Assembly: GCF_020745735.1 (NCBI RefSeq)
Contig: NC_083422.1
Coordinates: forward strand, 21,204,001-21,268,000
Direction of reading: 5' to 3'
Origin: Hemiscyllium ocellatum
Taxonomy: Eukaryota
Length of the DNA: 64,000 bases
The notes below the pieces were generated by a model. The model saw only the letters and a list, made by a program, of their open reading frames with translations. It made no database searches and was not told the origin of the DNA. Position 1 is the stretch's first letter, and each line of letters begins with the position of its first letter. Of this stretch, positions 1-11,480 are shown one piece after another. The translations under genes were made by a program, and so were the position numbers.

Positions 1-387
1 GACGGCTGGAGGAGGAGCGCCTCATCTTTCGCCTGGGAACCCTCCAACCACAAGGTATGAATTCAGATTTCTCCAGTTTCCTCATTTCCCCTCACCCCAT
101 CTTGTCTCAGTCGGTTCCCTCAACTCAGCACCACCCTCCTAACCTGCAATCTCCTTCCTGACCTCTCCGCCCCCACCCCACTCCGGCCTACCACCCTCAC
201 CTTGACCTCCTTCCACCTATCCCACCTCCATCGCCCCTCCCCCAAGTCCCTCCTCCCTACCTTTTATCTTAGCCCGCTTGGCTACTCTCTCTCATTCCTG
301 ATGAAGGGCTTATGCTCGAAACATCGAATTCCCTATTCCTGAGATGCTGCCTGGCCTGCTGTGCTTTGACCAGCAACACATTTTCAG
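1..387 (+). mobile_element. Penelope-like element (PLE), 3' end: GIY-YIG tail plus terminal repeat
   Basis: Translates ...RLEEERLIFRLGTLQPQGMNSDFSSF, matching the C-terminus of the GIY-YIG ORF at 21040-21588. It is followed by the same terminal repeat seen at 21590-21850. Confidence 0.88.
298..325 (+). ncRNA. Minimal type-I hammerhead ribozyme-like motif in PLE terminal repeat
   Basis: CTGATGA-A-GGGC-TTAT-GCTC-GAAAC-ATC contains the CUGANGA and GAAA core boxes, a stem II and an NUH triplet. PLE terminal repeats are known to carry such motifs. Confidence 0.7.
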
Positions 388-814
388 AGTTAATAAGATT
401 GCATCAAGAATTCCTCCTAAATAAGTACCTCACTTCAGTCTGGCAAAAATCTCACCTCACTGTCTGGAATTGAGCTGTAAGATGTAACAAGTTGTTCCTA
501 ACAACGGGGTAGGCCTCACTGGACTTCTTATCAGATTCTGTGAAACATCACCATTTCCAACATTATCCAGGCATCTATATTCTATCAATAGTATTTGTTA
601 CTGACATAACTGGTTTTAACATGCTACCAATGCACAAAAATGAAAATTCAGAAGTGCTGGACATGGTCGATTATTACTTTGCAAAAATATTTTGTAGTAG
701 AAGGAGAGACCAGCAAGCTGACCTCTCCAAGAAAATTAACAATTGTACCAGAATCAGAGACAGACCAAAATTAGTGTCAGAATAATGGAACAATGAATAA
801 ACTAATGGCACTAA

Positions 815-1078
815 AGATTAGATTAGATTAGATTCTCTACAGTGTGAAAACAGGCCCTCCGGCCCAATAAGTCCACACTGCCCCTCCGAACAGAAACCCA
901 CCCAGACCCATTCCCCTACCCTATATTTACCCCAGACTAATGCACCTAACACTGTGGGCAATTTTAGCAAGGTCAATTCACCTGACCTGCACATCTTTGG
1001 ATTGTGCGAGGAAACCGGAGCACCCGGAAGAAACCCACACAGTGAGGCAGCAGTGCTAACCGCTGAGCCACTGTGCCC
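815..1078 (-). mobile_element. HE1-like tRNA-derived V-SINE with internal deletion
   Basis: Has the (AATCT)n tail, GGGCCG.AGGGCCTGTTT tail motif, V-domain GGTTTCCTCCGGGTGCTCCGGTTTCCTC and A-box head. The B-box segment is deleted. Confidence 0.88.
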
Positions 1079-1209
1079 TCTGATCACTGAGATCAGATTA
1101 TTTCCATTGCAGGTGATTTAAACTGAGGCAGATGAGAACATTACAAATGTCCTAACAATAATTTTCCAACTTGCCCTCCATTCAGGAAACATTCCTTTTC
1201 ACTCTGTAA

Positions 1210-2620
1210 ATTTACATATATTTTCCATCATTTCAGAAAAGTTGAGAATGGAAACCCAGGGAATTTTCAATCAGTTAACTTAACATCTGTTGATGTGAAA
1301 TTATTATAGTCTGTAATTAAGGATAGCATGATAAATCGCCTGGAAAATATTCAGCTGCTGGGAGACAGCCAGTGTGGATTTTTAAAGTGTAAGTTATGCC
1401 TGATGAATCTGAATTTGTGCGGAGACAACTATAATAATGAATAATGGAATGTCAATAGTTATTATCCATGTGGACTTTAAAACAGCATTAAATAATATTC
1501 CTAAAACAAGACTGTTCACTGAGATTAAGCTCACGGAACTGAAAACAAATTGTTTTCCGGGTCGGGAGCCTTAAATGAGCAGCCAATGGCAGATAATAGG
1601 AATAATAGTTAGGTGCTCCAAGTGAGAGGATATGACTAGTGGTGTTCCACAAAGACCTATATTGGGGCCTCAACTATTATAGAGTCATGGAGATGTACAG
1701 CACGGAAACAGACCCTTCGTTCCAACCCATCCATACCGACTAAATATCCCAACACAATCTAGTCCCACCTATCAGCACCCGACCCATATCCCTCCAAACC
1801 CTTCCTATTCATATACCCATCCAAATGCCTCTTAAATGTTGCAATTGTACCAGCCTCCACCACTTCCTCTGGCAACTCATTCCATATACGTGCCACCTTC
1901 TGCGTGAAAAAGTTGCCCCTTAGGTCTCTTGTATATTTTTTTCCCTCTCACCCTAAACCTATGCCCTCTATTTCTGGACTCCCTGACCCCAGGGAAAAGA
2001 CTTTGTCTATTTATCCTATTCATGTCCGTCATAATTTTGCATTCATCATGTTTATTAACATATTAAGTAACAGAATAATGAGCTGAAAACGTGTTGCTGG
2101 AAAAGCCCTTCAGGAAGAAGGGCTCATGCCCGAAACGTCGATTCTCCTGCTCCTTGGATGCTGCTTGACCTGCTGCGCTTTTCCAGCAACACAATTTCAG
2201 CTCTGATCTCTAGCATCTTCAGTCCTCACTTTCTCCTAACAGAATAATGAGTCATATACTTAATTTTACCAATGACACAAAAATTGTAAACAACAGAATG
2301 ACAAAGCTACAAAGACATATTAATACAGTGGATTAATTAAATGGTAAAACTGGGGTAAATAAATGTCAAAATAGCAAAAATGAGGTTATCCACTTTGGAT
2401 TGAAATAAGGAAAGAAAATCTAAAAACAATGAAGGGCCAAACAGACTTAGGGGTCTACATATTGTTTAAAATATTATGAACAGGTACTGACATTCATTTT
2501 TAAAATGGTCAATGAAATGCTTACTTTTATATCTAGTGGTTTTAAATATAAGGGAATCAAAGTTGGAGTACTGAGAGTGATACCATGCACCACACCTTAG
2601 GATGGATATATTGATCGAAG
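1210..2620. mobile_element. Cluster of decayed CR1 fragments: old + strand RT remnant interrupted by a - strand CR1 3' end (~1678-2030)
   Basis: GNFQSVNLTSV-like and RT-like remnants lie on +. A CR1 3' UTR with an ATGACTCT tail lies on -. Confidence 0.6.
2083..2236 (+). mobile_element. Non-autonomous PLE-derived mini-element with 15-bp target-site duplication
   Basis: TAACAGAATAATGAG occurs at 2068-2082 and 2237-2251. The interior is PLE terminal-repeat sequence with GGGCTCATGCCCGAAACGTC. Confidence 0.85.
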
Positions 2621-2799
2621 AGGGTGTTGTGTTGTTGTGTTATTGTGTTATGTCTCATGAGACGTTAGTTTGCAATATACCTTTAAGAGACATACTCGTG
2701 ATTTCACTATTGCATCATAGCATGTGACTTGAGAATATAAAGTCTTGTCTCCATCCCTTTGGGGACAGTAGCAGTATTCATGCAGGGAAGCATGCAGCG

Positions 2800-3090
2800 G
2801 TTTGTTAATATTAGCCCAGACATTGCAGTGCCTGTAACTTTCATTCACTTGTGGAACATGGATGGTGCTGTAGTTGGATCCATCATTTTGACCCAGTGAC
2901 ACTGAAGGAATAGTGATATATTTCCAAGTCAAGATGGTGAGTGGCCTGGAGGGGAAACCTGCAGGTAGTGGTATCCCATGTATCTGCTGCCTCATCCATT
3001 TACAGGGAAGTGCTCATGGGTTTGGAAGATGCTGTCTCAGAATCTTGTGTGAATTTCTGCAATACAGACTGATCTCAAAACTCCATGACC
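2800..3090 (-). mobile_element. LINE 3' fragment (CR1/L2-superclade family distinct from the main CR1)
   Basis: Sequence resembles the LINE-like region near 63000-63800. It is degenerate. Confidence 0.45.
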
Positions 3091-3139
3091 TTGATCTTGG
3101 CTCCATCCTCTTGCAACTAGATCTTCAGCTTTCTGACCC

Positions 3140-4085
3140 ATAGACTGCAATCGGTGAAGATAGGTAACTGTACCTCCTCCATGGTAACTGGACCCTCCCC
3201 CACTCCCTCCAAGGATGTGTCCTCAACCCCTTACTATACTTCCTCTACACCCATGACTGTGTTGCCAAATTCTAAACAAATGGCTTCTACAAGTTTGCTA
3301 ACGACACCACCATAGTACTTTGGATATCTAACAACATGTCAAAATACAGAAAGGAGATAGAGGGCTTGGTGATGTGATGCAGTGAGAACAATCTCTCTCA
3401 ATGTCGGCAAAGCTAAAGAACTGATCATTCACTTCAAAAAGGAAGGAGGAGAACACATCTCCATCTACATCAAAGAGTGGAAGTTGAGAGGGAGGAGAAC
3501 ATCAAGTTCTTAGGAGTGACGGTAACCGATGACCTGTCCTAAACTTCCCAAGTAGGTGTAATGGTCAAGAAGGCACAACAATGCCTCTTCTTCCTCAGGC
3601 AGCTCAGGTAATTCAGCATGTCCATAAAGACTCTCGCCAATGTCTATAGATACATCACAAAAAGCATACTGTCTGGGTGCATAACGCTCTGGTATAGCAA
3701 CTGATCTGTCCAGGACCATATGAAATTACAGAAAGTTGTATGCACAGCTCAGACCATCACAGAAGTCAAACATCCATCCATGGACTCCATTTACATGGTT
3801 CACTGCTGTGGAAAGGCTGTCAATATCATCAAAGACCCATCGTATCCTAGTAGTGCTGTCCTACAACTCTTCCATCAGACAAAAGTTACAGAAGCCTGAA
3901 CACACAGCAGGTTCAAGCTTCTTCCCAACCATTATTAGCCTAATGAATGGTCTCTATAGCCTTAATAAGCAATGTAACCTGTATGCCTCTGTCTAAGTCT
4001 CTTTGATCTGTCAATCCTTGCTTACACTGATTTGCCTGTACTGCTTGTAAACAAAGTTTTTCACTGTACTTCGGTACATGTAACA
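3140..4085 (+). mobile_element. Rex1/Babar-like LINE RT remnant
   Basis: Decayed motifs YKFANDTT (FADD) and ENNLSLNVGKAKELIIHFKK, plus VKKAQQCLFFLRQL, with stops and frameshifts. Confidence 0.75.
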
Positions 4086-4525
4086 TTCAATTAATCAATC
4101 AATCTTGTAGATACTACTCACTGCTCTACTGAATGTCAGTGGTGGATGGAATGGATGCTTGTAGATGTGATGTCAATCAAGCGAATTAGTTTACAATGTA
4201 TGAAAATACCAGGAACCATAGTAAACATCAATTGAACCTATCAGTACTATATTGTCCGCAGCTAGTTCTAATGCTCTGACTGAATCAATGTAAATAAAGC
4301 CTCATCAGGTACAAATGCCCTGCTGAAGATAAAAAGCCCACCATTGTATTTATGGAAGGTCCTGAGGGCTGATCATATCAGAGTGATATGGAGTGTATGT
4401 TTACCAGGATGATTTCTGGATTTCAATTGTTAAACTATCAGGAGACATTTCCTACTTGAGTTGCATTCCCTGAAATTGTGAAAGTTAAAGGTAAATTGGT
4501 CAAAGTTTTCAAGGTATTAAGGGAA

Positions 4526-4840
4526 AGATTAGATTAGATTACTTACAGTGTGGAAACAGGCCCTTCAGCCCAACAAATCCACACCGACCTGCCGAAGCGC
4601 AACCCACCCATACCCCTACATTTACCCCTTACCTAACACTATGGGCAATTTAGCATGGCCAATTCACCTGACCTGCACATCTTTGGACAGTGGGAGGAAA
4701 CTGGAGCACCCGGAGGAAACCCACACAGACACAGGGAGAACGTGCAAACTTCACACAGTCAGTCGCCTGAGGAGGGAAGTGAACCCGGGTCTCTGGCGCT
4801 TTGAGGCAGCAGTGCTAACCACTGTGCCACCTTGCCACCC
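4526..4840 (-). mobile_element. HE1-like V-SINE, full length
   Basis: Has the tRNA-like head with A/B boxes, V-domain, CR1-shared tail and (AATCT)n end. Confidence 0.92.
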
Positions 4841-5039
4841 ACAAACTGACATAGTAAAAACTATTACTGTTCAAAATAGAATACTTCATATAATGAAATT
4901 CTGAAACAAAAACAGAAGATGCTGAATAAATATTCTGCAGGTTAGGCAAGGTCTGTGTAGGGGCAGAAATCAATCTGAGACATTTTATCGGAACTAGGAA
5001 AAGTTAAGAATACAAGGGATAGCTGGTGCTGTGACCACT

Positions 5040-6800
5040 GCTGCCTGCCTATGATGGTCAACAGTCTATCCACATCATCTGCCTCTTTGCTAAATGATTG
5101 GCTATTTCCACAAATTTTTGAAGATGCTGGACCAGTTCTGGAATTGGAAATTCTGTTATGGTTATTGTCATTTTTGGATCATTTTATTTGATAATGTGTC
5201 CCAAGAAATGAATGGACATCATGGAGAAGTCACACATCGTTAAATGTGTGGCCTTCTTCCTATTGATGAATCTGAACTGCTCTGCTCATTAGCCTGCAAA
5301 GTCTTTGAAACATATTGAAAATTTTCTTCGGAAAACTCCTGGTGCTGATCCCATACCAAATGGTAAACAATTGAAGCAAAATCTTCCAAATGGATTTTCA
5401 AAAGTTGCTAGCAACCCTGCTTGCTCGTTTAATGGAACCAGTCAAAAACAATATTCACATGAAGCTTTGTGAATACTTTGTTTTTTGATAATCATGCTAG
5501 ATTTTCATTTAGGATATTTAGTTGACATAGGATAGATTTCTCTTCCTGCTGCTTCCTTAGGTTAGATCAACAAAAAACATAAACTATACCTTTATATTTT
5601 GCGTAGGGATTTTGAGCCAGTACACTATGGTTGCACGACAGAGGAAATTACTCCTAATCTTGTCATCTCTTCCAGTTCACTATTCAGTTGCTTCATTAAT
5701 GGGTGTAGTATTTTCCTAGACATACAAAGACACATAGAATTAGCACCTATTTTTGTCTTCAGTTGTCTGAAAACTTTGAACAGTTTTGGGTAGTCCTTTT
5801 CCTTCTATTTATGTATTTGCTTCATTTACTGAATAAGGTTCAGATCAATGCTTGCTTTTCTGCTCAAAAGTGAAACCTTTGATGATAGAAGACACGTAGA
5901 TTCTCTGTTATCTGATGTCTGCTATGTTGAAGAGTTACTTGTAATGTATCTTTGATGTTTAAGTTAGTTCATCTGGACAATGTAATCGAATTTTGGTTGG
6001 TTCTAGGCAGTGTCCTACCAACCCAGATTCTCTGTCCAACATAATTGTTACATTTGTGCTGTACCTGACTTAAAATTTGTAAGGTGCCATTAATATGTGT
6101 CTACATGCCAGAATAACACCTCACCAGGTAAGAATTTAGGTTTATCTTCTGGTAAACTTTGTTCTATTTTATTGATAGCTTAGTGGGTGAAGGTTTTGTG
6201 GTGTCATGATTTTGCTTCAGCACACCTTATGAAAATGACCTGTTTTCTTGCACTGAAAACATTCTCTTAAATGGCTGGACACTACTGTTCACAGCTGAGA
6301 GGTATTATCTGCCAAAGCCTTGCCAAAGATTTCTGACCTCCTTGTGATTGTTCTATCAGCTGTGTCATTTTCATTTGTGTTTATTTTATTGTCTCATTCT
6401 TAAGAAAATGAATACATTCTCTAGATCTCACCTAACAAGGTTTTTCCTCTTCTCTGAGATTGATCTCAGATAAGAGGTGTAGATGGACATCTACACCTCT
6501 TATTGACTGAATGCCTTTCTCCACAGCAGTATCTTCTTTTCCCTGCAATCAATCTGACAAAGATTCCTGAGCAAAACGTACAACTATGCGGTTACTGATC
6601 AATTCTGTCTTCAAATTTCCATATTCAAATTTTTCAACTCGTCTGCAGGAATAATTAATGAAATCATCTATTGATTCATCAACTTTCTGAACTCCTCAAC
6701 TGGATTTTATTAAAGTAAAACTTCTAAAAGCTTATTCAAAATTTTTTGAAACTTCTTCAAATTTGTCTGATGTTCCATTGTCATTTGATCAACACCTAAG
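5040..6800 (-). mobile_element. Ty3/Gypsy LTR retrotransposon remnant (RT region)
   Basis: The minus strand gives PFGRFCFNCLPFGMGSAPGVF and LSKNKVFTKL, which are decayed Gypsy RT motifs. There are many stops. Confidence 0.75.
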
Positions 6801-7454
6801 CATCATCCTCTATGATGCTAGTGGAACAAAGAGATGTATTAACTTTACAAAATACTGAAAGAACTGTGGATGCTGGAAGTCAGAAACTAAAACAAAAACA
6901 GAAATTGCTGGAAAACTTCAGGAGGTCTAGCAGCATCTGTGGAGAGAAATCAAAGTTAGCATTTTGTGTCCAGTTCTTCAGAACATAACGTGTTAATTTA
7001 TTTTGCATCAGTCTTGCTGCCTAATTTTGAAGCAATTTTGTATCTTAAAAATTGCCTTTCTCATGATGCCCAATTCGGTGTCTGATCTTTTCCACTTCTA
7101 AAATTAAATATTCCTGGCAATTAAATATATTATGCCACATCTTTCTTTGTTTGCTAGGCATTGCTATTCTTTGTTTTACATTATCTTGCAGTAATGGAGG
7201 TTTTCTCCACACTTTTTACGGAGTGATGGCTGAAATAACTCCAAGAGGCTGGTATCCCATCACCAAGTCACCCTTCATTTACACGTACAAAGTCCTTGAC
7301 ACCAATCCAACTTTCTCAAAGCCAGCTCTCAGGGTGAACAGAACCCCTGGCAGTCCTGTTATATCTGTCAGTCAGGACTCCCTGATTGGGACTGTTTATC
7401 TGATCCAATCAGGGAACTCATATGAGGTCCACCTAGCAGACTTTGTTTCAATCA

Positions 7455-7750
7455 CTACAATGGCTTAGTGATATTATTGCTAGACTGTTAACCGAGAGAC
7501 CTGGTAATGTCCCGGGCATAGGTTCAAATCCCATCATGGCAAATGATGGAAGTTGAATTCAATAAAAGTTTTGAATTAAGGGTCTAATGATGACCATAGG
7601 ACTGTTGTCAATTGTCCAAAAAGTCCACCCGGCCCATTAATGTTCATTACAGAAAGAAACTGCTGTCCTTAGCTGGTCCAGCCGACATGTGACGCCAGAT
7701 GTTAACAATGCGATTGACTCTTAATTGCCCTCTGGGCGATAGCAATGCTG
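7455..7750 (+). mobile_element. tRNA-derived SINE, second family (not HE1)
   Basis: Has GGTTCAAATCCC (B box) and a shared body (...ACATGTGAC.CCAGA...GACTCTTAA.TGCCCTCT). Other copies lie at ~28755-29130 (-), ~37215-37545 (-) and ~41455-42400 (+). Confidence 0.7.
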
Positions 7751-9399
7751 AATCTTGTGCCAATTTGACTCCACTACAGTCTCTTTTCCCATTGAAAAAA
7801 CTCCCTGTTTGACTAGAAATGTTTCTATAAAGTTTTGAAAGTGAAATGATGAATCTACTTTCTCCGGGCTGTCAAGACAGTTCTCAGCTCTTTGCTGTTG
7901 CTTACCTGCTTCTTGCCTTTGAGTATACTGGTGTCATTCCAAGTTGGAGTTGTAGAAGTTTTAATTTTGAAGTTACCCGTAAAGTGTGAGCATTTTTGCA
8001 CCGTGTGCTAAGTCTTTCCAAGCCTATCAAAGATTTTCTCACCTCATCCGTATCATTCCTTAGCTTACCAGCTCAAATCTAAAATCAGGACCATTTGCAC
8101 AAAACACCTCCCCCCACCCCCACCCCCACCTCCCCACAGCCTGGATACCCGAGTTGTGGATTTTCTTTATCCTCTTGGCTCCATTTCCCCTATGGATCTG
8201 TTTGCTAGTCCTTCAGCTCCTTTCAGGTTGAGGTTGGACCTTCTGGAAATGACTTTTTTTTTCTAGATTCATTGTTGTTTGTAACTTCCAATGGCCACCA
8301 ATGTTGTTGCCATTTTGAGATCATTGTTGCCTATCTGTGGTGGATGAGAATTATCCGCCTCTTGGTCTAGCCTGTAGAGATATAAAGAGTCAGGTAAAGG
8401 TTATAATAAGATATGTTGTATTAATGCACTATATGCAAGTATTGTAAAACATTCCATCTCTGTGAGAGATTGTCCATGTGAGTGCCTGGATGACTCTTCT
8501 CACTTTTTTCCAGTTAGTAAACCTTTCAAGTTCATATATAGCAGGTGGGACAAGAGCAAAAGAAAAACCTGTGATAGGATCCAGGACAAGAGAGGGAGAA
8601 TGGCGGAACAGTTGGGTCTCCAGGGCAAAAGGGAAAGGATATGAGGCAAGAAAAGAAACAAAATGGAGATTAGAAATTGTAGTCTAAAATTTTTGGAATC
8701 AGTGTTGAATCCAAAAAGCTGTACGGTTCCTGGTTAAAAGATATTGTTCCTGAACCATGTGTGGAGACTCTCTGGAAAACACAGCAGGTCAAGGACAGAA
8801 ACGTCAATTTTTTTTTTTGATTTCTGTTGATTGGGGAGTCCACGACTAGGAGACGTAGCTTAGAAATTAGAGGCAGACCTCTTCAGGGATTGAGTTAGGA
8901 AACTATTTTCTACATAGGAAGTGATAGAAGTTTAAAACTCTCTGTAAACATTGTTAATTCTAAATCTGGGATTGAAAGCACTTTTGTTAATCATTGATGT
9001 TAAGAAAAATAGAGCAAAGGCCAGTATAAAGAGATCAGCAGTGATCTTATAAAATAACAGCACAGGCTCAAAACTAAATCATCTGCTCCTTGTTGCTATG
9101 TTTCTGATTGTTTCAATCAAATAATGTGAGATGAACCATGGCTAAACAATTATTTTTGTAGATATATTTTCTTTCCCTCTTGTGAAGAACTGCTGAGTAA
9201 AACAATAATTTATAGTATTTTCAGTTTATTTTACATTTGATTAAACTTGTAAAAAAATATGATACATCAAAACAGCATATTGGTATAAGGGATGAGATGG
9301 TTCAAGGGTCTTAAAGCTTAATGTATTTTTACATTTGTGTGTTTTCTAAGTTAATAAAGCAGTTGTTCTGGAACTAAACTCTGTAACTACACAAGATTC

Positions 9400-9982
9400 C
9401 TCTACACTGTTTTGAATGGCATGCATTGATGTATAGAAGTTTGGAATTCATGTCGAGGTTGTACAGGTCATTGGTGAGGCCTATTCTGGAATACTGTGTC
9501 CAATTCTGGTCACCCAGTTATAAGCTGCTGGAGAGGGAACATAAGAGATTTATCAGGATGTTGCCAGGCATGGAAGATTTGAGTTAGAAAGAAAGGCTGG
9601 ATAGGCTGGGACATTTTTCGTTGGAGTGTAATAGTTTGAAAGATGACTTTATAGAAGTTTATCTATACCCTTCATTATTTTGTACAGTTAGAGGGGATTT
9701 CAAAATTAAAAGGGGGGGGGGAAAGGAGAAAGAGTTAAAAAAGACATGAGAGACAAATGTTTTACACAGATGGTAGTTCGTGTGTGAAATGAACTTCCAG
9801 AGAAAGTGGTAAATGCAGGTACAATTACAACATTTAAAAGACATTTGGATAAGTACATGAATGGAAAAGGTTTGGTGGGATATAGTCCAGACGCAGGTAG
9901 GTGTGTCTAGTTTGGGATTATGTTCAGCATGGACTGATTGGACTGAAGGGTCTGTTTCCATGCTGTATGACTCTATGACCAA
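9400..9982 (+). mobile_element. CR1 LINE 3' fragment
   Basis: LVRPILEYCVQFWSP motif, CR1 3' UTR and ATGACTCT tail. Confidence 0.85.
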
Positions 9983-11309
9983 GTCAATTTTTTAAAACAC
10001 TACTCCTAATTTCACCACTAGTATTTGCAGACCAGTCACCCACAGCTTATGATAGTGTATACACTCTTCAATTCATATCAATTACTTCTGAATTGTGGTC
10101 AGCACTGTTCTTTGGCCCAAGTTCCTGTGGGATCCGAATAAGTTGACAATGCCCAAATTTTCTTATTGTGGAGGCCTTAATAACATTCAGAAAGTGAGGG
10201 CTTTCATCTGATACATACCAGGCTATGTTTGAGCGCAGATCCCAGAGGTACAAAGATGATGATCTAAAACATAACACCACTCAATTCTTTAAGCCTTTAA
10301 AAGCATTTTAAAGACTGCCCTTTCATTCTGCAGGTTAATAAAGTCCAAGGCAAGAATTGACAGTTTCTTCTCTGATGGCGATTTTTAAAGAAAATTGCAA
10401 GTGAAGTGAATTTCAGCAGCCTCGATCCATTTTACGTAATGATTTCAATAGAAACATTTCACTTGACAGTTTCTATGATGTCAAAGAAATACTTAGCCGA
10501 AGAAGAAAAATTTCATACAATCACTGTTGGACCTTTCAAGGTTGAACCTACAGTGCACTAATGGTAAAGATGTATTAAGGAATGCTAACAATGTGCCATT
10601 GTTGACAGAATGTTGACATTGAGGATCAAAACAAGTTTCCTTCGGAAATGCTATACGTGGGCCATGCAGCCAGGCATGTTTTACGTAAATGTATTAATAT
10701 TCATTGAGATGCATTTATGAATGACAAGAGTTTGACTCAAATTAATCCAAAGACTAGTCACTTAATTATAGTACCAAAAGGCCTGAAATCCCATGAGATT
10801 CCCTCTTCCATTAGTATAATGGAGTGAAACTCTGAACCAGCAATGACGGTGACTATTTACTGCCTCTGAAATTAGATCATTTGTATGTTGGGACAATCAA
10901 TCATGAACAACAATGATGCATCAAGGAAAGTGCTCCTGTCTGGTGGGGAGCAGAGTGGTCCATAGACAAAGAGAAGCAAAGAGAACCATTTGGCTTTTAA
11001 ATAGGTAATTCAAGTCCCACAAGATTGATGAAAAAGTCCAGGCTTTTTCAGTCTTCAGTACAGCTGCATTTACTCTCAGCTCTTGAGAGTTTGTTTAAAA
11101 CCATTTAATTTTGTAATGATGAAAATTTCCCAAATAGCTACCCCCAAAACATATCTCTTTATTCTGTTTGAATCTGGCCAAAGACTTCTCTGCTTCTCTC
11201 TTCTCATTTCAACTTCCTCTCCCACTCAATATTGCAATTTCAGATGGTGCTTCACAAAGGGTTGAAGTCAGCTTGCTTTCCAAATGCTTATCTGTCCCAC
11301 CAAGTTACC

Positions 11310-11480
11310 ACCTGATCTGGAGAATGCAGCATTAATGTTTTGGGTCTGGTGAGCCTTTTCCAGTTCTGAAGAAGGGTCACTGGACCCCAAATGTTAACTC
11401 TGTTCTCGCTCCGCAGATGCTGCCAGACCCACTGAGTTTTCTCACCAACTTCTGTTTTTGATGGTTATTTCCAATATCTG
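11310..11480. mobile_element. Short palindromic element with back-to-back hammerhead-like motifs (second PLE-derived family)
   Basis: CTGAAGAAGGGTCACTGGACCCCAAATGTTAAC (+) is preceded by its degenerate reverse complement. Related remnants lie near 4905-5000, 6850-6985, 22170-22250 and 35125-35250. Confidence 0.55.

Noticed and set aside
4548-4904. Recurrent ORFs MWKQALxPNKSTPT... (also 46606 and 51061) and MANSADLHIFG...
   Set aside because: These are translations of the non-coding HE1 SINE, repeated because the SINE is repeated.
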